A stretch of 61,279 nt of DNA, counting the filler, from Globobulimina sp. (Eukaryota), in NCBI GenBank assembly GCA_003354225.1. It is 15 parts of 15 records of this genome, joined end to end, with 100 filler letters (N's around TTAATTAATTAA, not from the genome) between each part and the next. Parts side by side here need not be neighbours in the genome. Positions count along the whole stretch, not along the records: positions 12,286 to 16,279 come from PIVH01001770.1; positions 16,380 to 20,373 come from PIVH01001771.1; positions 20,474 to 24,466 come from PIVH01001772.1; positions 24,567 to 28,559 come from PIVH01001773.1; 11 more parts are not named here. One strand, written 5' to 3'. The translations under genes and the position numbers were made by a program. Positions 12,286 to 24,999 of the stretch are shown here, piece after piece. Numbering within the stretch: the first letter of the stretch is position 1; every line of letters starts with the position of its first letter. The notes under the pieces are model-generated. The model made no database searches and had not been told where the DNA came from. It saw nothing but the letters and a program-made list of their open reading frames with translations.

Positions 12286-13810
12286 GTGCATGTGGTATTT
12301 GTACGGGAGACATATTATTTATAACATTAGTATTTGTACTAAATTCTGGTTTAAAATCTCTTTTTAAGAAAATAAATGCGGGTTTATGTGTATATAATTT
12401 ATCCGTTTCTTGTTTCTTTCGTAATTTATCATATTTTTCGAATAAAAACTCCCTCAATTCCTGTGGTAATAAGCCACCATTTGGTGTATGTTCAAAATCA
12501 TTCATATCCGTCACATCTGATGGACGAAAGTAATAATCTCCGGCACAATTTATATCTTGCATCATTGTGTCTGCCTTTTCTAATAATTTCTGCAAATACG
12601 GATTGTTTTCGTTGCTTAATTAATTTGTATATTATTTGTATATACGACGCAATTAAAAACATTATACTATATACAATATATATATATATATTTCACTTAA
12701 CACATCATTCCATACAATCACCGATGCGATGGAATAAACCGCTAAAAATACCTTCAAAACAGCATCATTTATCTGAATATTTTCGACATTTTTAAAAGGA
12801 AATAAACCTTCGACATCCAATAAAATAAATTCTCGATCCGCGCGGGTCACAATTTTAAACCTGACCACTTTGGACAAAATATCATAATCTGATAATTCAT
12901 CCATTGTCACAAACACTGGTTCACCAACAATAAGGTTCAATAGCGTTGATTTTCCGGTGTTGTTTGGACCTAAAAAGGCAATGATGGGTATATTCCGATT
13001 ATATTTATTTTTATATTTTTTTTTGCGTTTTTTTTTATTTTTTAAGTGTGAATTGCTATCATCAGTCGATACATTATCTTCCTGTTCATCATCGGAGATA
13101 TAGCCATCAGATTCGTCATTGATATTGTTATTGTTTTCATTTTTAGCTTCAAAATGCGGTTTGTCCTCTTTAGGGAATAATATATTATTACGGTAACATA
13201 ATATTTCTTCGTTTTTTTCTTCATCGAATGTAATGCGAAATAATTCATCGGCTAATTTTCTGCGATATTCTTTTATCGCGTCTTTCAATGCATAATTCGG
13301 TCTGTTTTGGTGTAAATCAGCATCATATTTTTAACTCTAAGCCAAGAAAAATGTATTTTAACTTAATATCAATGTTTTGCAGTGGCTGTCCAGTCAATGG
13401 GTTGATGTTATTGCCATCCTCAAACCACTCGGTGATGGCGGTACGCTCAAATGTATGGCCAGAACTTATAATAACTGGATCTGTCATTAGTTCCTTTTTT
13501 TTGGCACTCGTTTTATAATTTGGTTGGTATATTTATATTATTATAGATTTTAAACTTGAGTGATTGGACAGATGTAATGTTCAGGAACAATAGGTCGAAA
13601 ATGCATTCTTTGTCGTTTCCTCCTTCGACTGGAATTCATTTTTTTTAATGATTGGGTATGATTATTAGTATTGCCATTTTCTGCAATTTGTTTGTATTCA
13701 TTGTTTTCATTAGTCTCTGAGTTGAGCAGTTGTTGCGAAACTGTAGATTGTGTGTTTACAAATATCTTCGCTTTGTTGAATACTTTCGTTCCCAGTGAGC
13801 GGAAACTCAT
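12286..13810 (-). CDS. U-box domain fused to a GB1/RHD3-type (GBP/atlastin-like) GTPase; 3 introns; 3' partial
   Basis: Spliced: VPEHYICPITQ|ELMTDPVIISSGHTFERTAITEWF..NPLTG..IK|PNYALKDAI (U-box). Then IIAFLGPNNTGKSTLLN (G1), FILLDVEGL (G3), AVYSIASVIVWN and FIFLKRDF (RD motif of the GBP/atlastin family). Confidence 0.8.
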
Positions 13811-13969
13811 CTAATATGCTATAGTTGTTACTGAATGGCTAAAAACGACGACATTGTGCTATACGCTGTTTGAAAATTAACATGGCTACAAATTTTAACA
13901 AAACTCAACTCAGGCCGTAGTCAGTATTGTTGAGTAACTTCCCAAAAATACCAGTGCAAAGTCTGTAAA

Positions 13970-16117
13970 ATGAACGATTTTGGTGATATAATGAACGATT
14001 TTGGTGCCTTTTTAAACAAAATTAAAGAAAAGCCAGATGCGTTTAATAATATTATGGGAAATACTAAAATTCAAACGAAGACTCGCGATGAAATGATCAG
14101 AGAATTTAATCAAATAAGAGAATACGGTGAGAATTTAATGATGGGCAATGATACGGGTATCCATTCAACAGCCAACCAGAAAGCAAAGAAACATCGAAAA
14201 AAAAAGAACCGAAAAACAATTGGAGAATTGCATCCAATATTTATCAAAGAGTTGACAAAATGTGATACATATTTAGATCGTCGGTTGGTGTGCAGAATTA
14301 TTGTTAAACCGTATAAAATGACTGCCATACATATGATTGTTGAAGATGATTTTGAATCTGTTTTATCATTATCAATTTATGGCGATTCCAACAACAATAA
14401 ATATACAATTGGCGCAAAATTAAGTGTTGATGAACCATATTATAAATTAGCACAGGATATGTCATATCGAATTAGAGTCGATGACCCATCAAAAGTTTTG
14501 TACTTTTTGTTTCTGATCAAATCTGATTAATTACTTTCAGATATTATATTTTTGAAAAAGGTTAAAATATTATCAAATAAAATACCAATTGGTGTTAATG
14601 AGAAATCAGCACAGAATTGGAAAGATTTAGCAAATAAATGCTTTACAAATAAGCAATATAAGACAGCAAATCTATGTTATTCATATGGTATAAATCAAGC
14701 ATGTAATGATAATAACAATGTTGCGACAGCATTATTAAGTAATTTGTCTGCGTGTTATATTGCACAACGAAAATATAAACAAGCATATGTAAATATCATT
14801 GCATCCAAATATATAAACTCAAATGTATTTAAAATTTGGCATAGAGAAATATCCTGTTTAAGTCAATTAAATTATGACAAAACAGCACTGTTTGTATGGA
14901 AAGAGGCAGGGAAAACATTTCCGAAATATAAGCACATGTTACTTGAATTGGAGAAGAAATTAAAATTAAAAACAAAAGCAAAACAAAGTGATTGTGATGC
15001 AATTAATACGGAATGGGACGTATTAGGTATTATTGTTGCTGATAAAAATGAGAAAAATATTAAATCAAAAACAAGAAAGTTTACAGCTATTCAATTTAAA
15101 CAACGTGGTAATGATGAATTTGGTAAAAAAAATTACGAGGCTGCAATTCAATATTATTCTGATGGTTTAGTAAAACATTATGATATTTTATCTGTACTAT
15201 ACAGTAATCGCGCTGCGTCATTCATACATTTACGAGAATATAAAAACGCTTTTTTAGATTCAACAATATCTGTGGTTATCAATGCTGATAATATTAAAGG
15301 TTGGTATCGAAGGTGCATAACGTCATTTAAATTAAATTCAAATGAAATTGGAAATGCTATTTATAAGCAGTATTTCAATAAAAATAAACTGTTTACAAAG
15401 TTATTCAACTCAAATCAGAAAGGTTTTGTATACAAAGAATGTATCAAAAGTAATGTATCATTAAATTCAGATGTTGTGTATGAGACCGATGATTGTAAAA
15501 TATCCAAAGAAAAAGTGATCAATGTATTCAGGCATCGAAATCGATCCAATCCAACAATGCGTATACATCACGTTTTACGTTTATATGAAAGTTGGATTGA
15601 TTCAAGAAGTAAATGTAAATTTTCCTTCGGAACGTTTTTGAAAAGTAATTTAAATTATACTCACCATGCCATATTAGACGATTTTCATAAAAAATCAATT
15701 GATGATGCAACAAATTATCATTATTCATGTAAATTAGCAAATTGTCATTTTCTTGATCGGAATAACGGGGATAGATCAAAGGAAGTAAGGAGGAGACAAA
15801 TTTATTTCGATTATGATGATTCCATAAATTGCTCTTTATTTCAAACATTAGACAGTATTCATTCTGCAGTTTGTCATAATGATGTCCATCGAAATAAATT
15901 AAGTGATAAATTTGTAATGAATTTTGAAATCCAAAATAATGAACAAGATGACAATAAGAATGATTCTGTTAACGTTTATAATAATTTTGGTTTTGGTGAA
16001 CCGTTTGTATATTACGATCAATTTAGTGTTTCTGGACTTTTTATAGAAGCATATTATGATACATTAGAAGAAGAGTTATTAAATACCGTAGGATGGGTTT
16101 ATTTCGTTTACATCTAA
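13970..16117 (+). CDS. TPR-repeat protein with conserved N-terminal domain; probably 3' partial
   Basis: Two TPR clusters (WKDLANKCF..KQY..A..CYS.GI; FKQRGNDEFGKKNYEAAIQYYSDGL..LYSNRAASF..KGWYRR). N-terminal EDD..L.LSIY..EPYYK..IRVDDPS motif; phase-0 intron near 14494-14560. Confidence 0.75.
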
Positions 16118-16790
16118 TTTTCAAATATTTCTTTAGCGTCGAAATGAACATGTATGGAAATAAGTGCATGTGAAATTTTACTGCTACTGAAAAAAGAAAC
16201 CCACACTAAAATTTTGAAAAACAATAAAATAATTAAAAAAAAAGTTAAAAAACTCAAATTCCTGCAACTGGCAACGTCCNNNNNNNNNNNNNNNNNNNNN
16301 NNNNNNNNNNNNNNNNNNNNNNNTTAATTAATTAANNNNNNNNNNNNNNNNNNNNNNNNNNNNNNNNNNNNNNNNNNNNCTCTCTCTCTCTCTCTAGTGG
16401 TACAGTAATCCATATTTTTTGCATGATATCTTTGTATGTTATTTGAAATTATGGTATACACAAAAGCTTTTGAATCGAACGACTATTTATGGAAACATAC
16501 ATATGCTCTTGGAAATCTATATTGCGTTGGGCTTAGTTGAGATGGTAACGAAGAAAGCTGAAAAGATTTTTGTTTTTTCCTAACTTCTTTTATATTCTTT
16601 TTGTAGGAACACCGGGTGACCGGTCCGGATAGATCCTAATTCCTAACCATGTTTGGCAATCAAAGGGATAAAAAAATTTCTAAAATATAACGATATTCAA
16701 CATAGAAAAAATAATTATGTTTACAAAAAAAGAAAATGGACAAAAAAATACAATAAAAAAAATGTAGAGACAAAACATTTGTAAAACATT

Positions 16791-18347
16791 TCAAACATTA
16801 TAAAACAAATCATGATTAAGCGCAGCCTCAACAGTCGATATCCGAATTGCGGGATTATCGCGAATAATATTTGAGATAAAATTTTTAAATCTCGTAGTAT
16901 ACGGTGTGTTATATTGCAATGCTTTGATGACAATCGATCGGATGGAGCTCTCATCGCCGTTATAATGTGATATACCATTGCTTCGTTTAAAATGTTTCCT
17001 CCAATATTCGCATTTTAATCTAAGAGTTTGTGCATAAATATCATATTCCGTAAAGCCATAGAATTCATCATTCTGTTCCCTTTCAAAATATTCTTCTTGC
17101 TGATAATATTTGGAAATTAATTTCTGATAACAAAAGGCTTCCTGTTTCCTTTTAAAGTCGTTATGATGTCGCAATATATGTTGACCAATCACTAACTCAC
17201 AGATAGTAATCCCCAATGCATACAAATCAATGGAATGGCAATATTTCCTACAAACATTCGTTTTCATTAACTCCCATGCATTATACCCAAAAGTACCAAA
17301 TCTAATTTCACTTTGCCCCAATTCGATACTTTTGCCCTGTTGGCAGACCACAGTCAATCCATAATCAATGATATGGAAATTATATCGATTGATCCATTCA
17401 TGTTCATAATCGTATTCATACTCATACTCATATTCATTCTTTGTGACCAATATATTTTGTGGCTTGATGTCGTGATGAATGTATCCTGCATTATGGATCT
17501 CGCGTAAATTTAATAATATTTCATATAATATTTTCTTTAAAATCCATTCTTGTTTCTTTGGGGGTTCCGCCTCAAATTTATGTTTGATTCCACTGTTTTT
17601 GTTTTTATGTTTATGTTTTCCATTTCCATGCCACCACGTTTTCAAATCTTTGCCGTTTGGTTGGATAAATATCAATCGTTTATTCAGCGTATCATCGTAG
17701 ATATCTTTTATATATAAACCATTCCCAAATCGATGCAATAAACGATTCTCTTCCATGATTTGTTGCTTTTGTTTGCTAGTTTTATAGGAAGATATTTTGG
17801 CAGCAAATTTTTTCTTTGGATTTTTGTATAAATATACTTTGTAGACAGCAGACATGGCTCCGTAGCCTAGCAGTTTACGGTTATGGTTTTGCATTACAAA
17901 GCGATATTTATCACGAAATCTGATATAATTTTGCAGTTTATGCGCTGGGAATACTTTATGAACGTCCTGTTGCTCCTGCTATTGAGTTAAGTTATAATTA
18001 CAAATATTTATTTATTTTATTTATATATAGTTTGGTTTAACTTGTCGATGTTGCGAATAATGAATAAAATCATTATTTTGTCTGTAAAATCGTATTTGTG
18101 AATAATAATTGTTATTTTTGGTGTTGGTTATTCTATGCGTCGGCTCTTCTGCATTGGGCTGCAAAAGTTTGCCATTCTGCGGTAATGATAATTTGCTTTT
18201 AGAAGGTATCGGTAGTTGATACAAACTTAGTTTTTGATGATTAATTGGATTTTCAAATGATGAATCAAACTCTAATCTTTTGAAATCGATCGGCGACAAC
18301 GACTGCAATGACCCGCTACTGTTGCTTCTTGGCGTTGACGAGGACAT
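16791..18347 (-). CDS. Divergent Ser/Thr protein kinase; 1 intron
   Basis: LGYGAMSAVYKV, AAKI, HHDIKPQNIL, IIDYGL, GTFGYNAWE, DLYALG, RIS..AALNH. Exon 1 (18347 to about 18043) splices in phase 0 to EQQDVHK. Confidence 0.9.
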
Positions 18348-18667
18348 TTACGACAGGGAAATAATGTTAAAGAAATACTAACAACCTCAAAGGTTTTTCA
18401 GTTTCTGTTTTAATCAAAATCAATCCTTGCTTTGTGTATGTACATGTTCACTATTCATTATATATGGCAATTTTCATACCAAATCAGTGTGATCATTTTT
18501 GATGTGATCACCGCATTAGATTGATTGTGCACAATCAAACAGATTGGTACAAAGGTTGTTCGAAATTGCCATATGTTTAGAAATTGAGCATTACCTTGTT
18601 TTAAATGAAAACAATCTCAAACGTACTTATATTATTTAACAAAACAAAGAAAAAAAAGGAATAGACT

Positions 18668-20373
18668 ATGTGGAATTTGTTATTTTGGTTCAATTTACTG
18701 GCTATTATACTAAATATAGGCAATGGAGAGCAACCAGCTCCAAATATTGTTTTTGTAATGTTTGACGATTTGGGTTGGATGGATGTGAGTTATAATGGCG
18801 GTCAAATACCAACCAAAAACATTGATAATTTATTTAAAGAATCAATCAATTTACAAAGACATTATATTCATTTAATATGCAGCGTTTCACGAAGTCAATT
18901 TTTAACAGGCCGATATTCGATGTATTCTGGATTTGGTAAAATGTCTCCGTTTGGTGTTGGCCATTTGGGCGGGATTCCAAATGGAAGTCCAACGTTACCT
19001 CAATGGCTAAAAGCATACAATGCAAAGATAACCACATACGGGGTTGGAAAATGGTACATAATTAACATTATCTTCCCTTTGTTTATCATTCTATAAATCA
19101 CAAACAATCTCAAATTAACTAAAAACAGGCATTTAGGCTATGCAACACCTTCGTTATTGCCTGGTAGCAAAGGATTCGATCATTTCTTCGGATTTTTCCA
19201 AGGAACCATCAGTTATGAAACAGCCAAGATTGTAGCAAATAAATGCGATGGATGCAATGGAGATAGATATGATATGCATGATGATGGGAAAGATTATGGC
19301 AAAGTTGACACCATTGAGAATACTATGTATGTGTATCGAGATAAAATATTACAAGATATTCAAATTGAAAGTGATAAAGCCGGCAATAATCCATTTTACA
19401 TGTATTTGAGTCTTCAGACACCGTATGTCTTTTAATTCCGTTTATTAACTTGTTTTCAATCAATACAAAGAATCACAAATTAAATATAAAACAGACATGG
19501 CCCATTGTCTCAGATACAAAGTTACAAAGAACAATGCGAAGAGTTGGTGGGTTCGACCGACGAAGAATTTTTAGGCCACAGAACAAAATATTGCGAAGCA
19601 ATGCTAATATCGGACGATGTGATCGGATCCATTATCAATAAATTAAAAGAAACCGACCAGTGGGAAAATACGCTATTTATTCTTACCACGGATAATGGCG
19701 GCGATATAGAGAATACTGGATGCAACTATCCATTACGCGGTATGTTGTCGTTTCTTATTTTAATAAAGCGTATATATCACATTTTATATACTAAGGCACA
19801 AAAGGTACACTGTTTGAGGGCAACCAACGTGTTATCACCTTAGTTGGAGGCGGGATTATACCAAAGGGACAATATGAAACAAAACGTTTTTCGTTATTCT
19901 CTGCATTAGATTGGACGCCAACATTATTACAATTTGCAGGGATTTATGGTCAAATAAAGGATGATGATAAAACATGGGATGGTATAAATCAATATAATCT
20001 AATTATGTATGGCGATGACTATACGGATCGTATTGACAGAGATCATATTGTATTCAATATAGGATTAAGAAATTTAGATTCAGCAACTGTTGTATTTAAA
20101 TACGGAGATGATAACTTATTTAAATATATTGCGCAAGATGATAAAATCGAAAAGGCGCAATTTAGAAGATTGGATGGGTGGTGTATTCCGGATAAGGATA
20201 CCGGAGATTGGGGTATTTTGGTAAATGATGTCAGTAATCCCGCTGTTGCCGAATCTACGCAACCATTCAATGATAAATTTGTATTTGATATTATCGCAGA
20301 TGTGTCGGAATTGAATAATTTATTAATTGCAAATCCTGACAACAAATATGATGTTGATAGCATTGTGAGTTAT
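18668..20373 (+). CDS. Secreted arylsulfatase B-like (family S1) sulfatase; 3 introns; 3' partial
   Basis: Signal peptide, PNIVFVMFDDLGW, CSVSRSQFLTGRY, GKW|HLG, GFDHFFG, PFYMYLSLQTP|HGPL, TDNGG, NYPLRG|TKGTLFEG, LDWTPTL. Confidence 0.92.
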
Positions 20374-20502
20374 NNNNNNNNNNNNNNNNNNNNNNNNNNN
20401 NNNNNNNNNNNNNNNNNTTAATTAATTAANNNNNNNNNNNNNNNNNNNNNNNNNNNNNNNNNNNNNNNNNNNNCATAATTAAAAATTAATAAGTCATACA
20501 AT

Positions 20503-22911
20503 TTATAAATCATCAATATCGTTTTCAAGAACAGCAATATATTTTTTATTTCTTGCTACCCCTGTTTTTGTAAAATGTTTATAAATAATAACCACTGTAT
20601 TACATAACGTCAATACAATGAATACTGACAACACTGACACCAACCAATATAATGTATCATCTCCATGGCCAAAATCAAATAACACCGATTCCGCCCTTTT
20701 CCCTCCACCACCTCCGCCACCTCCGCCACCTCCACTTTTCTCACGTTTAGTCGGTGGGAGAGTTGGAATAGTAACACCGGTACCACCCTGTCCTTGATTC
20801 AAATCATTCAAACACGTCGCAGTCGGTGCTTGCGTGGGATTTGGAGAAGGCGAAACCCCATCCACTTGCTCCTGAGTCAATACATAAAATAAGCCCATCA
20901 TACCCATATCTTCGTGCGGCAGCAAATGGCAATGCAACACCATATATCCACTAAAATCAGCAGTATACATTCGAATATTCAGCTGAAACTCCGCACCCAT
21001 TGTATCAAAATAATCTCCTGCTTTGCCAATAAAGCCCTCAAATCCGATAGCCTCTTGCAACTGAAATGGGTACACATGCTGATGGTGAACATGTCGATCC
21101 GTTTTTAAATTAAACTCATACACTCGATCCTGTATTAAATACGTTAAATACCTCTCTGCGCTGTCAAACACCTCTCCATCCACTTGCATTGTCGTCTTAC
21201 TGTTATACAAAATACAACATCCATCCCCACAGTCAGCAGACGTATATTGATTACACGCACAATTACTATCCACAACACTTTCTGCCCGCAAATCTTTTAA
21301 ATATTCGGGCTTCGCTGGAATGTCGCTCGGCAACTCTGCAATAGCATCGCCTGCAGCCTCTACCACAGAGATTGTAAATAATTGTTTGATGCCATCCGCC
21401 TGATCAGAACCTACACGTTCCAAACTATCAAAATCAGTCTCAGTCATTGACGACTGGCCCGCGATAGAAATAGTAGTCACCGCATATTCAGCTGACACAG
21501 AAACAGTTTGTTCAGGTTTGTTACACACAAATATAAATATCCATACCTTGATTGCCACATTTTATCAATATGTCACCGCGTGAGCCAGGCGCTAATAATA
21601 ACTCATTGTTATATACATTTAAATTGCGCGGGAAATCATCATCAAAGAATATGCCATCATAACCTAATAAATACACTTGGCAGTTCTAAGAGGGAGTGGG
21701 CAATTTGTAATGAATGTAATATTGATGTAAGGCATTCAGAAATTGCAAGCGTCTGAATTTATTTACAGTGATTTCCAGCGTCGGGTTATATCCACCATTG
21801 ACCAGAACAAATTGATCAATGCCATCATCGTCGCTGGCGTCTTGATTGGTGATTTCTACATCATATGGTAAGCCAGAGGTGCTCCGCGAGCCTTCGAATG
21901 CACAATATTCATAACAGGATGAATATTGATGAAAACAGCTGTTTCCATGAATATTACAACGGCCATAGGCGCCTATACCTTCGCCATTCAGTGTGTCTAC
22001 ATCTACTTCGTCCAAAATGGTTAAAGCTATGGAACAATCATCACAGAGATCTGTATTAACTGCATATACGCCGGAAAACACTAAAATATTTGTTATGTAT
22101 GAATTATCGCCGTCTGTGTATAATTTTGTATCGCTGACCGCTTCGTAATTTGATGCGTCTTTGTATTCGGTTATTAGCGCACCAAACATACCAAAATGTA
22201 TTTGGTGACTAACTGACCCTGTCGTAGAATACGGGGTTTGTTGTTTTAAACATGTCAAAGTCAAACATACCATGTTGATGAGGATGATACCAATGTATAC
22301 CTTATTTGGTTATACATGAATAAATATGTATGTTAAATTATAATTTGTGAGCACAAACCAGGATAATGTGAGGCTAAAATAGTATATGTATATGAAACAC
22401 TGGTTGCTTCATCTTCTGGTGATTGCCGTGGAGGTAAATGAAGCAAAACATCATCTTGTTCAGAACTAATATGTAATCCGTGAGTATGTAGATTTGTAGC
22501 ATCCATTTGACAGTATTTGTTATGACATAAAGGTTCGCTTTGAACAGTGTTTACAAAATTATTCTCTAAAATAATGTCAAACTGCGTACCAGCGATCATT
22601 TTTAATGTAGGTCCTGGCGATGTTGCAGTAGTATATGTTTCACCATCTTCTGAAAAACTATAACAGCGACCGGTCATTCTAAATAATGAATTTTGTATAT
22701 TGCAGTATTCAGCTCTTAAAAAATATGTTTCGCCATCTTGCAACGTGTAAATCTTTAATAATTAATATAATTCCCATGCATTGGTCGTGTATATATATAA
22801 ATGTGTAAATGTATAATTATATCACTTAACTGGCATTTCCTGCAAATCAGTAGCAGACACAATCGATCCCAGGAGACCTAGGAAAGTAGTTAGGAACGAA
22901 AATCCAATCAT
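20503..22911 (-). CDS. Three-domain multicopper oxidase with signal peptide and C-terminal TM anchor; one in-frame TAG at 21686-21688
   Basis: All four Cu motifs are present: TNLHTHGLH, IHWYHPHQH (30-nt exon 22271-22300), HVHHQHVYPF, LHCHLLPHEDMGMM. Pro/Thr/Gly linker then a TM helix. Confidence 0.88.
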
Positions 22912-22991
22912 ATCTGGTTTCAAAAGTCGTCTGGACTCTGACGAAAGGATTAGAAACTTTAGTTTGGGACTTTCAAGTTTCTTCAATTTAC

Positions 22992-24466
22992 ATGTCACCT
23001 ATGTTACAATATGGACGTCTGACAACAATTATATTATGTATACTGTATATCATGTCGCAATTAACACTCTCTGCTCGTGTTGGATTAAAATTTGATAAGG
23101 TATTTGATGTACGGACAACTTAACACAAATTAAGTAACTCTCACAATAATAACAAAAGACGCAATATATCATTGTATATATCACCACTGAATCATCGATA
23201 CCACCAAAGACATTCGAAGATTCATTCGCCACTTTCAGTGTATCATTGCAATCCGTAATATATGAAACTTTACCAACAACACTGTCCACCTCATTTAATA
23301 TCACACAAATTAAACTCTGGTGTTTACCAAATAACAGCAACATATACTCGAGTTTTTACATGAAAATCAATTATAATTCAGACAAAAACGATATTTTATT
23401 AGCTATTATAGACCGGATGAACAATGAGCTTTTATCAAAAATATTAATATACAAAATAGAAACTATCGATTCCCAATCATTGCTAATAAATCCCAATCAG
23501 TTTACATTCGAAACCTACGACATTACATCCACCCAAAACGCCACTTTTCTCAATTCAGAAATGGATTGCATCACATATTTATTTCAGGTACAAAGCAAAC
23601 GGTCACAGACTACAACCCTTTCCAGCCTAAATTCGGATAACTCGATCAATTGCAATCATGATAACGACGATTATATACAATTTTTTGCATACGGCATGAC
23701 CACACATTGGCCAGTATTGCTAATTTGGTCCATCATTTGTATCGCTATGGGAATTACAGTATGCACCGCCATCGTGTGCTGGCACATTAATTTTGTGGAA
23801 AAACAGAGAGTAAAAAACAAGAAAAAACGCAGAAAACAAGGCAAAGAACAAACGCCCTCTGTTCTCAGCACCACACAAACCCAATTAAGTGATGGTATTG
23901 TTACAATTATTCGGTCTCCCAAATCAGAAACGGATCATAGCCATAGAAATCAAAGCCGATCGCTACATATTAAAAGAAGACCAAACGCGCATTCTGTTAC
24001 TACTGAGTCGAAAACGAAATATAATAAACATCGAAAACGAAATAAATCGCATTCCACTTCGAAAGCTAAAAGTTTACGCAGCTCCAAATACGATAAACTG
24101 CCCACACAGTTTGTAGATGAAGAAGACGTTGAATTAAAACAAGACGAATTAGTGCGTATTAGTGATGACATGATTACGCGCAGAATGCCTGCGACTGTCA
24201 GTAAGCTCGAATTTGGCCATGATACGGATGAATCATTTCGGAGAAACTCATCAGACACACAACACACAAACAACACAAATATTGACAATAAAATCGTGAC
24301 TGTGCACGTTCACCACCATTATAATCCAAACATTGCAGTGGATAATGTATCCATTCACTCTCCCTTTGACAATAATAAATCACAGCAAACCTATCCGGAT
24401 TTGCCGCATTATATCGGCATGAATTCGCCCATTCCTTCATCGCTTCAGGCACAGCACAGTCCGCTA
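22992..24466 (+). CDS. Unknown type I membrane protein with long basic/disordered cytoplasmic tail; 3' partial
   Basis: Signal-like exon MSPMLQYGRLTTIILCILYIMSQLTLS..FDK spliced (intron 23100-23158) in frame to the 23246 ORF. Single TM helix (WPVLLIWSIICIAMGITVCTAIVCW) followed by a Lys/Arg stop-transfer stretch. Confidence 0.65.
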
Positions 24467-24566
24467 NNNNNNNNNNNNNNNNNNNNNNNNNNNNNNNNNN
24501 NNNNNNNNNNTTAATTAATTAANNNNNNNNNNNNNNNNNNNNNNNNNNNNNNNNNNNNNNNNNNNN

Positions 24567-24999
24567 AGGAAATATTTAATAATTACAATAATAAAATTTA
24601 TTCGGGATTAATAAACGAATTAAAATACATATACAAGGGCGACATATCCACCTTCAATCTCAAAAAATCAATAAAATTATTATTCAATTGGACCAAAATC
24701 AGCTTTCTAACGCTCGAAACAATAAATAATAAATTGGTGATTGTTCCATTAAAACATCAGGATAAATTTTGTCCATTATGCGGTGCGAAAAGGAATATAT
24801 CCAATTACCATTTAATTTGGTTGTGTAGGGCCATTAGAAGGGACATCAATCTTCAATGGATCAAGAAAACTGACTTTAGTGAAAACTTGAAATTCTTAAT
24901 GGGAATACAACAAAAAATCGATCTTTTATAACATTGTGTTCCAACAACAATTGTACTCTGTGTATTCTTGTTTAATTTATACTCATACTCATACTCATA
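24567..24999 (+). mobile_element. Probable 3' end of a non-LTR retrotransposon (ORF C-terminal CCHC finger, short 3' UTR, (ATACTC)3 tail)
   Basis: Frame is open from the contig start to TAA at 24931 and contains CPLC-X9-H-LIWL-C. The tandem tail at 24979-24999 abuts the point where HSPA12 homology stops. Confidence 0.55.

Noticed and set aside
16380-16395. (CT)n tract at a contig start
   Set aside because: Ordinary microsatellite that likely broke the assembly.
17410-17437. TACTCA repeat as a second retroelement tail
   Set aside because: It is the in-frame coding repeat EYEYEY inside the kinase, with no element sequence adjacent.
21686-21688. Genome-wide TAG reassignment (alternative genetic code)
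   Set aside because: TAG terminates CHMP1, TMEM135-like, MFSD1-like and the Josephin gene at plausible ends, and other long ORFs have no internal stops.
20503-22911. Copper nitrite reductase (NirK) of eukaryotic denitrification
   Set aside because: It has the complete laccase-type HxH / WYHxH / HxxHxH / HCHxxxH ligand set of three-domain oxidases, not the two-domain NirK pattern.
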